NCBI GenBank assembly: GCA_951406725.2
Contig: OX597817.1
Location: 21,886,001 to 21,950,000 of the forward strand
DNA: 64,000 nucleotides
Direction: 5' to 3'
Source of the DNA: Octopus vulgaris
Lineage: Eukaryota
Position 1 is the stretch's first letter, and every line of letters starts with the position of its first letter. This document shows, one piece after another, positions 10,663 through 24,434 of the stretch. Position numbers and translations under genes: made by a program. Under the pieces are notes generated by a model, which had not been told where the DNA came from, did not search any database, and saw only the letters and a list, made by a program, of their open reading frames with translations.

Positions 10663-13600
10663 CTGTGTGAACGTGTCTATGTATGTATTTTCACGCGACC
10701 AGTATATTCATTGTACAATGAAATTTGTGAAATTCAACGAGGGAACTATAGTTTAAAAGCAGTTTGAATTTGAAGAAATTAAAGCTTTTCCTGGTTTGAG
10801 CATTAGTCTTGTCAAATCCGGTCAGTAGCTTATTCAGTTAGATATCTTTTTAAGTCAGTATAACCCGTCAATTGTTATCCATTATTTCCTGTAAACATGT
10901 AATGTACTGTCATTCTCAAAATTCATATAAATCTAACTGCAAACTAACTTTAATTGTCAATCAACATGTCGCCGTTATGATGGCTGAACTTATCTTAAGT
11001 GTTCTATTGGAAATGCCTGACATACGTGACTAAAGAGATAATTTTTCGATCGATGTTCTTTCATATAACTAACGTATGACGAACCCGTAAAAAACTTGAC
11101 TGATTGTTCGATCTGCTATACGTATTAACCATATCTTCTTTGGTTCACCTCCGGATGTGTTGCAAATTGCAGGATTGACTTTGACGCATGAATACTTAGA
11201 TATACTGTCCGTGCCTGAATGAAAGATGGGGTAACAAGGGCTAGAAATAGCACAAACTGATGTTTCTATGTTATAAAATGTTTTCCAACAATTATTTTCG
11301 TTTTTTTTTTGCCATCCGCTTCGACTCTTTCTCCTCCTTGATTCTAAACTCTTCCGCTTTTAGGTTTCTTACACATCAAACTCTATTTGAATTTTTATTA
11401 CAGATAATCAATTATGGCTGCAGACCATAGATTGCTAATGTCTATCTCATACTATTTTTAGCCCATCTTTTCTAGTTACTTTAAAAAAGATATCATAGTG
11501 AAAATATGCCCGAATATGGAAAACATTTATATTGCAGATTTAATACATCGAAAGAATATTTCTTGTATTTTGTGGAATACAATTTGCAAGCATTATCTTA
11601 AGTTCTGTTAAGAAGTATTATGATTTAGTGTCAGCCCTGGACACAAAAGAAATATTCCTTTAAAATATGCAGTGATTGAATATTAGAAATCCTCGTCTAT
11701 TACAACAAATATGAAATTTTACATGTGTCTTAAAATCAATATGATGAACATAGTTCATATTTTAATCAGTTTTCGTATGAAATACTCATTAGATTCGTTT
11801 CATATATTTCCCCTTTTTTCTCTGTCACAATTTCTAATTAACATCTGGTCACTGATCTATGCAAATGCTGGTATCTTATATTTTTCTCATATAAAAATCA
11901 GTTAGAGCCAATAGTGAAAGCAATCTGAGAAGTTTTCAGTTTTAAATAAGCTAAAGGCTATGGTAGTTTTATTGTTAGTTAACTGGTAAAAACGTAATTT
12001 ATATCAAAGTGCGTTTTTTTTTTAATAGCAACTTCTGTTTTAGCCGATCAATCAGATCAATACTTCATCTGAATAGTATTGCATATTTCATGAGATTTGT
12101 TTATATGTTGTTTTCATAATCACTTAAAACTCTTTTAGATTCTCTTTCTCTATATTTTTTCAGACATTATAAACACCAAAAGTAGTGTTTATATCTAATG
12201 TCATTTACATTAAAATCTTAGAAGTTAATTCATAACTTTGATTTGCCACCTAAATTTCCGTAGAGAATATATTTGACAGAACAATTTTAAAATTCCATGA
12301 TTGATGTATGTTTTGATTGCATATGATTGTATAAGCTTTTTTGGATGGGTGAGGGCTTGCAATATGTACATGTGTATATTTTGTTTCTGATGTATTCATC
12401 ATGGTGTCAATATTTTTCTGACATAGTACTCTGAACTTATCGATTTAAAAATGATGTCGTTTCCCCTACATTTCATATCGATTTTCTCATTCATATTATA
12501 ATTTTGTTATTACTAATGCAGTCAGAAAGTACATAATACAATTAATGTAAGAGATTAGAGGAAAATATACATTAAGGAGAAATGTTACTACAAATATGTA
12601 TTATTTTCTAATAATATACACAAAAAGTTGATTATTACGCTGCTAATAAAAGCTAAAAACTACAAAGCATTTTTTTATGAATAAGATAAACCAAACGCAA
12701 TCAACAAAAACCGAAATGAGACAAAGCTATAATATTCTAGCAAGTATACAGAATATAAGCAGCTATGCAGTAAAATTAATTCTACCTCTAATCTAAATCT
12801 AATACAGCTTTAAATTATTTACAAAGAAAACAAATTTCTCACACTGTAATACAAATATCCGTCAAAGTTAAAATTTATCAAAGAATGGTGTTTACATTGT
12901 CTATTATACTTTCTTAAAATATTTTCATTGTTTATATTCGTTATTTTGCAAGAACCTGTTCCAAGAAACATATATCCTTGTTTTAAACGTGTTTTTGTTT
13001 GTTTGTTTATTATTATTTCGATAATGATAGTAATACATTCAATAAGTTTCTTCTTTTTCTTAGACTGCTGTCTTCCGCTATTTTGGTGTTACGCTCGAGA
13101 CACTAATGCAGCGTAACACATGTTTACCTAGCCATGAAATTAATTTCTAGATGGGTTGTGTAGTGCCAATCTATTTCTGACCTTAATGTGATACAAACAG
13201 AAACCTTTTCTTTTTTTCCTTTTTCCATTTTTTGTTATTTTTGGTAATACATTTATTTTCAAATTTGGATCCCTTTTCTTACAGATTTGGCGTTTATGAT
13301 ATTTAATGCTGACATTGTGCAAAACTGTTAGCTTCTTTCCTCCGGTTTCGCGTTGTTGTTTAACTGTATTTCATTCAAAACATAAGAATAATTGAAAGTA
13401 AACAGGAATTCATATACGTTTTAGACGATGTTTTTATAACAACTGTATGTGTAATTTCAATGTAAGAATCTAGCAATAAACCTGCAAGTTTTGGCACATG
13501 CTTTAAAAGAGAACGATTCCGAGGAATTTTTTCTTTTGTTTTAGCTCCGCTTGTTTGAATCACTTTTGTTTACTGCATATTGTGTTTGTAAATCTATATA

Positions 13601-13901
13601 CTCATTTAATAATGCCAGAATTTTCAAATCATTGCAAGATGAAGTCCAACATACATGAACACATGCATATGGAGAAACGTATATACACGCCCTCACATAC
13701 ACGCATAATGTGTTTGTAGGAGAGATGAGGGAGAGGGGGAACGAGAAAAATAGTGAAATGTAAGCGAGAAACGTAGAGGCTCAGAGAAAGAATAACGCAT
13801 ATTTTATTGGTACGAAATTTATATATCAACAGTTTGACATCTGCATTTGTGGAAATTCTTATAAGCGCATATACGTCTGTTCATGAACCTCTGTATATAT
13901 A

Positions 13902-14386
13902 TAACAGAATGATATTAAAAATCCAAGGCTGTGAAAGATTTCAGAACATTTATAAAGAGAAAGTCTTACAGCTGTTTCCGGGATATTTCATATATCCCTT
14001 TATCGGAGACGGTGCAAGAAAATGGTTAAGTAATAGTTATTCTAAAGAACATATGAAATAGAGAATGAAGTGGAGGAATGAAAATAGACGTGTGATATGC
14101 AGGGATATTGTATCTGCAGTTCCATTATTTAAGCAGAATAGTATACATACAATTTTCTTGTACCTTATCTATAAGTTCCAATAATATTTAAAATTGGTCA
14201 TTCCAAGCATAGAGTTTGTAAACCATGTTATTATTATTTTTTTAAGAAACTATTTCATAAATTTTTCTCATTTTCTCGCACTGTCTCCGATGAAGGGGTA
14301 TCTAAATATCCCGGATATAGCTGTAAGACCTCTTTATAAATGTTCTTAAATCTTTCACAGCCTTGGATTTTTATCTCATTCTGTTA
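13902..14386. mobile_element. Inverted-repeat element (arms about 13902-14024 and 14269-14386) with an outward-facing hammerhead motif in each arm
   Basis: taacagaatga..aaaaatccaaggctgtgaaagattt.agaacatttataaagag..gtcttacagct... is mirrored on the right. Motifs at 13963-14010 (minus: GUCU-CCGAUAA-A-GGGAUAU..AUAUCCC-G-GAAA-CAGCUG-UA-AGAC) and 14283-14329 (plus: CCGAUGA core, GAUA for GAAA). Flanks are TA-rich. Confidence 0.8.
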
Positions 14387-14989
14387 ATTATTTATATATA
14401 TGTATGCTAATATATGACCTGAGTTGGACTCCTCATTCGCATAATCACCGAACCTGGAGCTTAACTATAGTCTGTCCATAGCACTTATTCAGCATTTCCT
14501 GACACATTTGGGTCTTCTTGACACCATTACCCCTCATAACCTATATATATATAGGTTTCCACATGTAAAGAATGACTCTCCAAGAATATAACATTCTTCC
14601 ACTGCTCTGGACCAATTCTGTAGGTTTTTACTCCACTCTAAACGATTCTGTGTATATATCCATATCTATATCTGTATATCTGTGTATGTGTGTGCGTGCG
14701 TGTGCGCGTATAAACGCTTATATAGCAATGTAACCACAATTAATTATACATGTCATATTTTGTTTTTATATTTTATTATCTATTTTGCAGTAACACCAAT
14801 TTCAAATATTTAATTAGGTAGTCCTTCGCATTAAAAGAATGACTTGTAGTTCACATCCACCATACCTTTCGCTAAAGGTTTTCAGGTGTAGTTGTAGTTT
14901 CGAAACGATATAGGCATCCTTGTAAAATTCTCATACTTTCCGAGTGGAAACATCCAAGTCATGTCTGCTAGAGGGTGTGTTTTGGTCCG

Positions 14990-15110
14990 GTATTTGGTTG
15001 GTACTTCATTTTATCGATCCCGAAAAATGCAAAGGTTTCCATTTGAAATTCAAGAAGTGGAATTTATACCACAAGGAATTTGTCGGCACTCGAACGATTC
15101 TCTGAATTAA
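14990..15110 (-). mobile_element. Highly decayed SINE fragment (family C)
   Basis: ggtacttcattttatcgatcccgaaaaatgcaaagg... resembles copies at 29790-29995, 32865-32925, 46320-46445, 47280-47430 and (plus strand) 58540-58690. Confidence 0.45.
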
Positions 15111-15892
15111 GTGGCATGTTCATACGTATGTGTGTGGGGGTTTGTGTGTATGCATGCGTGTGTTTGTGTGTACGTGTATGTGCTTCCTTGGGCAGTGCAT
15201 TTTCCTTTCTTTCGTGTTTTAGTGTAAAATCTGGTTCATAGTTAATGGCTGTCTCTATATGTTTGTCTAAGTGTACTGATGTGAAACTTCACAAAAACAC
15301 ACGAACTGCATTTCCAGACAGATGTTGTCACAAGTTGACAATTAAGATATCTTTTTGACTAAAGATAATAAACCTGGGGCCAAAGGTCTGGTCAAAGCCT
15401 TTCAGTAAATAATAAAAGTAAATCAAATCAGCAACTTTTGCGATAAATAGATAGAAGAGATCGTAATATTGATCGAGGTTTTAGTCCTGCTGCTAATGGA
15501 TGGAGGGAAAATACACAGTATTGATGTGTCGCTAATAGCTAAATAGGTGCATTTTGCAGAGAGATAAATTGAAGGTAATAAAACAATAAATAGATATAAA
15601 AAATACATTTCATTTTGTTACGATTGGGGCATCGCCTGAAGGACAATAAATCATTTGAAATAACTATAATAACGCAACCAAAATCTGTTGACTTCGGAAA
15701 ATAGCCTGATTCACGTATACACAAGTACGTTAGAATGTTTGCTGATTAGACACATTACCAAATGACTGAGGCAGTAAATGAAGCGCAAAACAACTATGTT
15801 TCAGACGAAGAGGCTTGTTCCAATCGCTGCCGATTTATTGTTGTTATAACGGTGCCTTCATTAAAATGATTATTATCATTATTTCAGTCATC

Positions 15893-15972
<80 letters not shown>

Positions 15973-16883
15973 GATCGCCATCATTATTACCATTAAGAGA
16001 CACTAAATCTTTTCAAAGCCAATGGATACACTTTTGTATTTACGAAGAAGTATTCCGCCTTCGCGAGGAAAATGATAATATTATAAGGGACTACAGAAAG
16101 AGAAGGTAAGAAAAGAAGAGAAACAACATATTATGTTGCCAAGAATTCCACAAATCTGTTTATAGTTTATTACTCGTCTACTGAGGTCTGTTGTAATTTA
16201 ATCTTCACAATACTTTTCAGAAAACCATGAAAGGCTGGTGCTTAAAGGCACTCACCCAATGAAATTGCTTCACTTAACAAACAACACAATCAAATTTCAA
16301 TGCTTCATATGAAATAACAGTTATCATCGTGTTGTTGAACTCAAACTAATCTAGTTCGATCATCTTTAGCGGTTTTACCTTGATCTATAGACATTCGGCT
16401 TTGCAATTTTTTTTTTTTTCCTCATTTCGAATTTATTGTTCTCTTTCTTAAACCTTAGTACCATGTTTTTTGCATCTATTTTATTAGTATTAATCAAGCT
16501 ATATTTTAGTTCTACCTTACGATTCGGCCAACTTTTTTTATTGGTGCTTCTACCATATAAAATTGCTAGCACTTTGCCGACAATAGCTAACCTCTGTTTT
16601 GAATTACCAATGCGTTCGAGTTTAAAAACATTACTAGAAATGATAGTTCTTGCATTATTCACTATCACTTTAAAAGCAACAGCGGTATCAATTGCACGAC
16701 ACACATTACTTCGAGTAGCGATGAGGACTGGAAAACTTTTATTTTACCCCGATAGTATGCTATTATAACCTAGAATAACATGTATTGATTGTTGCACTTG
16801 TCGAAATACGAGTACAGGGCAATAGCAAATTTCTTGCTATAAAATCTTTGAAATATATTTTCATGGAGTACATATTAATGAAG

Positions 16884-16939
<56 letters not shown>

Positions 16940-17829
16940 ATATATATATATATATATATACATTCATACATATATATGTATATTTATTATATATTATATC
17001 GATATATAAATATATATACACATTCACATGTATATATTGTGTTTACATTGTATACAATGTATACATTATGGCAATAGAGTTAATGGATTTACGTTTCTTG
17101 TACAGTGTTCCAAGGCATGCCAGAAATATTGCATTCAAATAGAGGGTGATAAGAATTCGATAGAACATAGCTTTAGTGTTATGACGGAAGCATTTGAACC
17201 GCAGGAGGAAATTAAATTGAGATTTCCAGCAAGGTGGTCGGGATATTATCACTTTATTCAAATGCACTAAATGTAGGCCAATATTGAAAAAGTACTATAC
17301 CTAAGAAAAATCTTCAATCGGTTTGATAAGCACTTAAACATGAAACATTGTATATTGAACTTATAAAATATATCTTCTCTGCGTAATACAGAATATATCG
17401 AAAAATTGCCGCAGGAGAGGGAATATATTAATATACGCTCCAGTTTCCTTTGTAGTTTATTCTGGTTACTTCTCATCTAATTCAAGGATATCCTTCTGAT
17501 TCAAGAACTTTCGACTAATTACTAACCCCCATATATGAAGAAACACATTTTACAAGGGTATCGTGGTAAATATGCCATATATTTATAATATGTATGTCTG
17601 TATTCGTATACATTTATATACACGTTTTGCGTCAAAGATGACGCATTTCAATGGTTTCTTTGTTCGTATACGAGAAAAGAGCTAAGATATATAATAGATA
17701 TATGTATGTAAGCAGATATCTATATTTAGGTAGGTATATATGTTTGCCTATATACATAATTATACAGGCGTTTGTATGCAAATAATTAGATAAAAGCAAC
17801 ACACATACGATATATAATATATATGTATA

Positions 17830-17994
17830 GGCGCAGCAGTGGCTGTGTGGTAAGTAGCTTGCTAACCAACCACATGGTTCCGGGTTCAGTCCCACTGCGT
17901 GGCATCTTGAGCAAGTGTCTTCTGCTATAGTCCCGGGCCGACCAATGCCTTGTGAGTGGATTTGGTAGAGAGAAACTGAAAGAAGCCTGTCGTA

Positions 17995-18043
<49 letters not shown>

Positions 18044-18255
18044 TTGTGTGTCTGTGTTTGTCCTCCTAGCATTGCTTGGCAACCGATGCTGGTGTGTTTA
18101 CGTCGCCGTCAATTAGCGGTTCGGCAAAAGAGACCGATAAAATACGTACTGGGCTTACAAAGAATAAGTCCTGGGGGTCGATTTGGTCGACTAAAGACTG
18201 TGCTCTAGCATGGCCGCAGTCAAATGACTGAAACAAGTAAAAGAGTAAAAGAGTA
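17830..18255 (+). mobile_element. tRNA-derived SINE family A (internal TA/TG microsatellite, (aaagagt)n tail)
   Basis: Head ggcgcagcagtggctgtgtggtaag...ggttcagtcccactgcgtggca, then an internal microsatellite, then a tail ending gactgaaacaagtaaaagagtaaaagagta. Closely similar copies recur in the window. Confidence 0.9.
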
Positions 18256-18904
18256 TAAAGATTGCACGCATGTATGTCATGTATGTCGACATAATTTATA
18301 CCGATATGAATTCGTATAATAAGTATATATATTTTTTAATAAAATAGAGCTCTATACAATGAGTAAAGAAACGACAATTCCTTATAACAAGAAGTATATA
18401 TTTATATTTCCTTTAAAAAAGAGATAGCTTTAACTGAGGAAACATATGCCACCATCTCCCTTTATGCCAGTGATTCGCGTATATCATGAACGTCATCTGA
18501 AGAGAAGAGGTATTCTTCTACGTAGGAAAACAATAGCAATCAGGTATTCACGTTCGAACCAGACAGAATGTCTTAAGAATGAATAAGAGAGAAGTAGTTT
18601 AAGATATCGAAAAGCGAAAGGCCATCTTCACGTTCGACTGTGGCAAGACGTGTTAGCAATTACTGTTGTGAGTGAAGTGTCTATATATATATCCATAGAA
18701 AAACTCGTAAAATCCATTATATTTCTCACCACAAAAATTTGTGCCTGTGTTAGAAATTAATTAAATTTATTATTTAGTTCACTTCTACCAACAAGATAAT
18801 GCACAAGTCTCTGGAGTTGAGGCGTAGAACTTACTCTTTTGCTTCGTAATTATACACTGCATCATTCAAAGCTGTGCAGGCCAGAGCCGGGAGACAACAC
18901 ATGA

Positions 18905-18937
18905 ACTACCATTACTACTACTCAAGTAACCACCACC

Positions 18938-18971
<34 letters not shown>

Positions 18972-19192
18972 ACACCACCACCACCACCATTACCACTATT
19001 CTAATAACTACCACTACCACCACCACCATCACCACCACCACCACCATTACTACTATTACTAACACCACCGCCACCACCATTACTGCTACTCTAGTAACAA
19101 CCACTAGCACTGCCAACACCACCACCACTACCACCACCACCATCACCACCAACATCACCACCAACACCACCACCACCACCACCACCATCATC

Positions 19193-19230
<38 letters not shown>

Positions 19231-19259
19231 CACTACTACTACTACTACTACTGCTGCTG

Positions 19260-19326
<67 letters not shown>

Positions 19327-19327
19327 A
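18905..19327. repeat. (ACC)n/(ACT)n trinucleotide low-complexity tract
   Basis: Read directly. Confidence 0.95.
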
Positions 19328-20337
19328 ATGTGACCAATACATTTTTGCTTCAGAACTATAATTTCAGCTATTTACGCCGTTACTATCACAGCTAATACAC
19401 GCACGTATACCACTACCACTGCTTCATGAACAAGTACTAGTAGTAGCGCAACAACATATATGTTTAAATTGCAGCAACGTTTGAGGTGTAAATAAAAGTA
19501 TTTATGATTCGGTTTAACTAAATAGAACAAAAGGTGCCTTGAGCCAACTTTGTTCTCTACCACAAGCGTTATTTTAAAGCACGATATAAGAGCCATAAAA
19601 TGAAAAGCAAATCAATTTTAGTCATTGTCTAAATTTAGTCTTTGTCTTATTCTCATGAAACTGAAAGAAACGAATAAATAAATAAATTTTAATGATACAA
19701 TTTAACAATAGTAAAAACGAAAATACAGTGGTAGTCATTCGTTTTTTTTTTCCCAAACTAAAATATATAGTCTCTTTCCTAACAATTGCTATAACTTTGC
19801 GCCATATTTTCTCGTTATTTAAATTACATCAAAATAATTCCCTATAAAAATGAAATTCCAACGTTGTGTCTCATTAGATTCGGAGAACTAACAATCTGCC
19901 GAATTCTCCAGGAAGTTCGTGATGGTAGTGCTTGGGTGGGTGTAGGTGTAAAGAAAAGTTTCAAACAAAAATTGAAATTAAATAAACAAAGGTTTCATGG
20001 GTTGGAGGGCTAGGGCAACTGGTAAAAATCAACAAATGAACAGACGGTGAATGTTGCTAGAAAGTTCATCTATTTGATCCGAACTATGCATGCTTGGTTA
20101 GTGATTTGTTTTACATCAAATCTGAAATATCGAATTAAAAGAAAAAAAAAAGAAAAACAATCGAAAATACAATATAAAAAAATATTTTTAAAAAATCAAA
20201 AAATTATAATGAAATATTGATTTTCTTTTCGGTTGTTAATACAATATTTTATTGTATTTATTTGATTCGACAAACCACATAATTTCAAAAACGGTGAAAA
20301 GAAAGAATGTAAAGCAAATAAATGCGCTTCTGTTTCA

Positions 20338-20476
<139 letters not shown>

Positions 20477-22001
20477 GCAGTCTTTTCCCTTCAAAAATTT
20501 TTCTCCCCAAATGAACATAAAAAGTAGAACAATATATTTGATCTTAATCATGATCTCACAACACTTTTATTAAAGTTATTTCGTGGATCTTTTATTCTGT
20601 TAGCTTTGTAGCAAGGAACAGAAGGCGTCAAATATTCATTGACCGGTTTTTACCGCGGGTAGAAACTGCTCTTTCTCCGTCTCTCTCTCTCTCTTTCACT
20701 GCGCCCCTGTATCTCTCACTCCTTCTCTCTTTCACGCTTTCACGCTCTCTCTCTATCTCTCTGTCCCTTTCTCACTCCCTCTCTCATTTTATCTCGTTTC
20801 ATCATTCTCTGTGCGTATGTGGGTGTGAGTTTGGGATTAAAATCGTAGATAATGAGAAAGAATAAATTATTATATTTATGACGCAATGTAACACAGATTC
20901 TAAAATATCCGTAATCACAATTATGCGACTGAGTTTCGTATTTCTATTAAAATAGTTCCTTATGACAATTTCATAAAATACTGATCAAATATTTTTTTTT
21001 TACAATCGAACATAGCTGCAATGTCTCCTTTAACTAAAGGGATACTCCGGGAATGCCAGTTCCATGAAAAATTAATGGTAAAAGTCTTGCAATGAGTATG
21101 GAAATTCGAGTAATAAAATTACCTGCAAATTGATGAGAAAGATCATTGTACAAATAACCAATTCTCCTCACGAAAGGAGATAATTCCTAATAAAAATTAA
21201 TTAAACGCAATACAGATTGAAATTAATCATTAAAAGTATTAAACGTGCGGTAATAACTAACGGTATCGTTCAATCTTGTTAGATGACATCAGTGAGGCTT
21301 ATTAAAATTGTCACTCAAAAATTTAGAATGAATGACATTATATGTAGCATCATCGTGAATGAATATATCTGTAATTATGACTGATTGCTAAATATTAGAT
21401 TCAGTCTCCAATGAACTCTGTGATGAAAGGCGAGTGTTAACACTTTTACGCTTTAATTTTCACCTCAAACTTCGTTGGATTACAGCATTATCTTTACCTA
21501 TTGACGCAAATCAAGGAAATCATGCTTAGATTGATAAATCATTTTAAAAATTAGCAATACTTTGTTGAAGCTCATAATGAGCGCAGTCATTTTTAATTTT
21601 ATTCATGCTCTTGTAGCTGCTGTTATGTCCAGGAAAAAACACATTCCTTCAAGTTTTATAACAGATAAATAAATGTATGGAAGGAGACATGTATTCTAGG
21701 AGTAGAAAGAACACAAGAATATTAAGGCTTTTTAGTTGCTGATTGAAAATATAGTATATTACTAATGACATCAGAGTACGTTAACTTCTTGTTTAAACCA
21801 CAGATCGAGAAAACCACTGATCGAGAAAAATTATGATCAAATGCATCACCACATTCATTACAACGCCACCTTTTATATAAGGAACTGTTTTGTACAAAGA
21901 AAGATAGGTTTTAGGAGACACTTGACTGCTATATTTTGTAAATTGGTTTTCTACGAAGAGACTTTACTGCGTCGTTAGTTTGTATAGTATATATACATAT
22001 A

Positions 22002-22567
22002 ATGGGTTGTCCGGAAAGTTGGTGCCGATTTTTAATGAAACAAAAAAGGTCAATAAATACTTGCCATTACATTTTTAATCAACCAAATATGAACCATTTT
22101 GTTGCATAATGCGTCTCCATCTTTCTTTTAACTTGAAAATACCCTCTTCCCAGAATTGAGGTGGCTCCGTCGCAAAGAATTCATCAAGGTATCTTTTTAC
22201 GTCATCCAAGAAATTGTAATTTTTAGCATTAAGACTATTCTACAGAGACCTGAATAAGTGTAAATCTGAACGAGCAATATCTGGTGAATATGGAGGGTGT
22301 GTTAGCATATCCCAGCCGAGCTGCAGCAATTGTCGTCTGGTTCCCAAAGCATCAAGTGCCGAAAATGAACTTTCTGTTCTTCCATTTTAAAAGGTTACAG
22401 AATTAACACGGGTTATAGGAACATAAACCTTCTTCCACGGAAAGATAGCTTACACTGTGCTCTAAATGGAGGTGCAGTCAAATCCTATTATATGGACTCA
22501 ACCGTGTTCTAAAATAAGTCGAAATGTAAGCTACTATAAATTGGCATGAACTTTACGGATAACCCAA
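22002..22567 (-). mobile_element. Internally deleted mariner element with both TIRs and TA target duplication
   Basis: TIRs atgggttgtccggaaagttggtgccgattt / aaattggcatgaactttacggataacccaa, each flanked by TA. On the minus strand MEEQKVHFRHLMLWE is fused at about 22340 to GWDMLTHPPYSPDIARSDLHLFRSL...FWEEGIFKLKERWRRIMQQNGSY. Confidence 0.9.
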
Positions 22568-22713
22568 TACATACATATGCATACATTAATATACACATAA
22601 TGCATACATACACATACATACCTATATATATATAAATATATATATGTATGTATTATGTATATACATATATATATATATGCATATATATATACATATATAT
22701 ACGTATGTATGTT

Positions 22714-22749
<36 letters not shown>

Positions 22750-22761
22750 AAGAGATACATA

Positions 22762-22998
22762 GACACTCCATCGGTTACGACGACACGACGACAGTTCGAG
22801 TTGATCCGTGTAACGGGACATCCTGATCCATAAAATAACGCGTAAGAGGCCGAGCACTCCGGACACGCGTGTCCTTAACCTATGTTAGAGTTAACGCGTG
22901 TCTGTGGAGTGCTAAGCCATTTATACACCGGGAATAGAACTCACTGTTCTTATGATCGTGAGCCGAATTTCGTAACCAGTAATCCACGCACCTTCACT
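22762..22998 (-). mobile_element. Decayed tRNA-SINE (short head + tail 1) with an internal inverted duplication
   Basis: cactccatcggttacgacgac...gttgatccg...gcactcc matches the tail of the 1685-2076 SINE. A tRNA-like head (gtgaaggtgcgtggattactggttacg...gttctattccc) is on the minus strand. Confidence 0.65.
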
Positions 22999-24360
22999 TG
23001 TTTGTATATAACATCCAAAGAAATATATGATAGACTATTTAGTTACATCTTATTTACTGTCTGAAATGAAATAGGTATAAATGACATTCTTTGCAATATT
23101 GAATTCATTTCCAGTATTTGCATCTAAATCAGCAATTCAAGAGACGTAGGTGTATCATATTTTATCAAGCTGGATATGATACGGGACATAATCATTACCG
23201 CCGCATTGTAACTTGCTTTGACAAATCAGTCACTTGATAAAAATATCGAAGAAATTTGACAAAATGTCCGTCTGTGAGCTTGTGAGTGTGTCTGAATTTT
23301 TTTGTGTATGTTTTGGTGCGATGGATAAAATTTAGAGAAATTTGCAAACGTAACTGAGAACATTAAATTAATTCGGAAATCTCGATCAGACTAGCATTTT
23401 AGTATGGTAGACCTTGGCGCATAATAATTGTCTATATTTCTAGAACAGACTAGACACAACACTCAAAACGAAAAGGTATGATGAATATAATTTCTCAGCA
23501 ACTTCACTTAATTTAGCAATTTCAAACTTGTCTTGTTATTCTGACTATCAATGAATATAAGTGATCAGCTCCATAAAGTGCGTTGATACAATTATGAGGC
23601 AAAACAAATGATGAGGTGAATAAAAAAAATATCATAAATAACTTACACGGTAAACATTATTATGTTATGACGGAATATGTTTTGCTTTTCATTTAGCCAT
23701 AACTGGAAAAATTAATGGCAGTAAAATATCGAGATAGAACAAATAGATGAACTAATAGTCAGATGAAAGCACTCATGTACATAAATATATGTGTATATGA
23801 GTGTGTATCTGTGTGTGTATGCGTGTGTAGTGAGAGAGAAAGGGGATAAAATATAATGTAAGATAATATGAATCACTGAAAGAAAAGATATATTAGCGAT
23901 GGTGAAAAATATGACCGCGTATGCCGAAAATTCAAAATATTAGTCCAAGACGTGTACAACAACTAACGGAAAAGATGAAATACACTCATAAATTCATTTC
24001 ATAGCCAACTTTAATTCCAGAATCTCTAGATTTTCATCGGTTGCCACAGAAGATGGTATTTCTCATCGGGAAAACGCCAACTTTCACACATGACCAAACG
24101 TGTCAAATCCTGCAACAAAAACATGCAGTTTGTTGATAAATCTTACAGCTAAAACGGAGGAGACCAGACAAAAGAGTGACGCAGAAAACCGAAACAAATA
24201 AATGGTGTGTTAACATTCAATGGGGAACAAGCATGAAAAATAGTAGCGTAGATAGAAAGTAGAAATTATTTCGGTCTATTTTACTTACATTTCTCTTTAG
24301 CAAGCTTTCTATTGCTCTGTCATGACCCTCTTCCTTATCTTCTTCTTGCTCTACATTCTA

Positions 24361-24363
<3 letters not shown>

Positions 24364-24427
<64 letters not shown>
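24364..24427. repeat. (CT)n microsatellite
   Basis: Read directly. Confidence 0.95.

Positions 24428-24434
<7 letters not shown>

Noticed and set aside
16375-16768. Overlapping 109-110 aa ORFs on both strands, one hydrophobic
   Set aside because: No recognisable motif, non-ATG starts and no convincing splice structure. Hydrophobicity follows from T-rich composition.
18905-19330. Thr-rich open frame resembling a mucin exon
   Set aside because: Pure (ACC)/(ACT) microsatellite bounded by in-frame TGA codons, with no usable start or splice sites.
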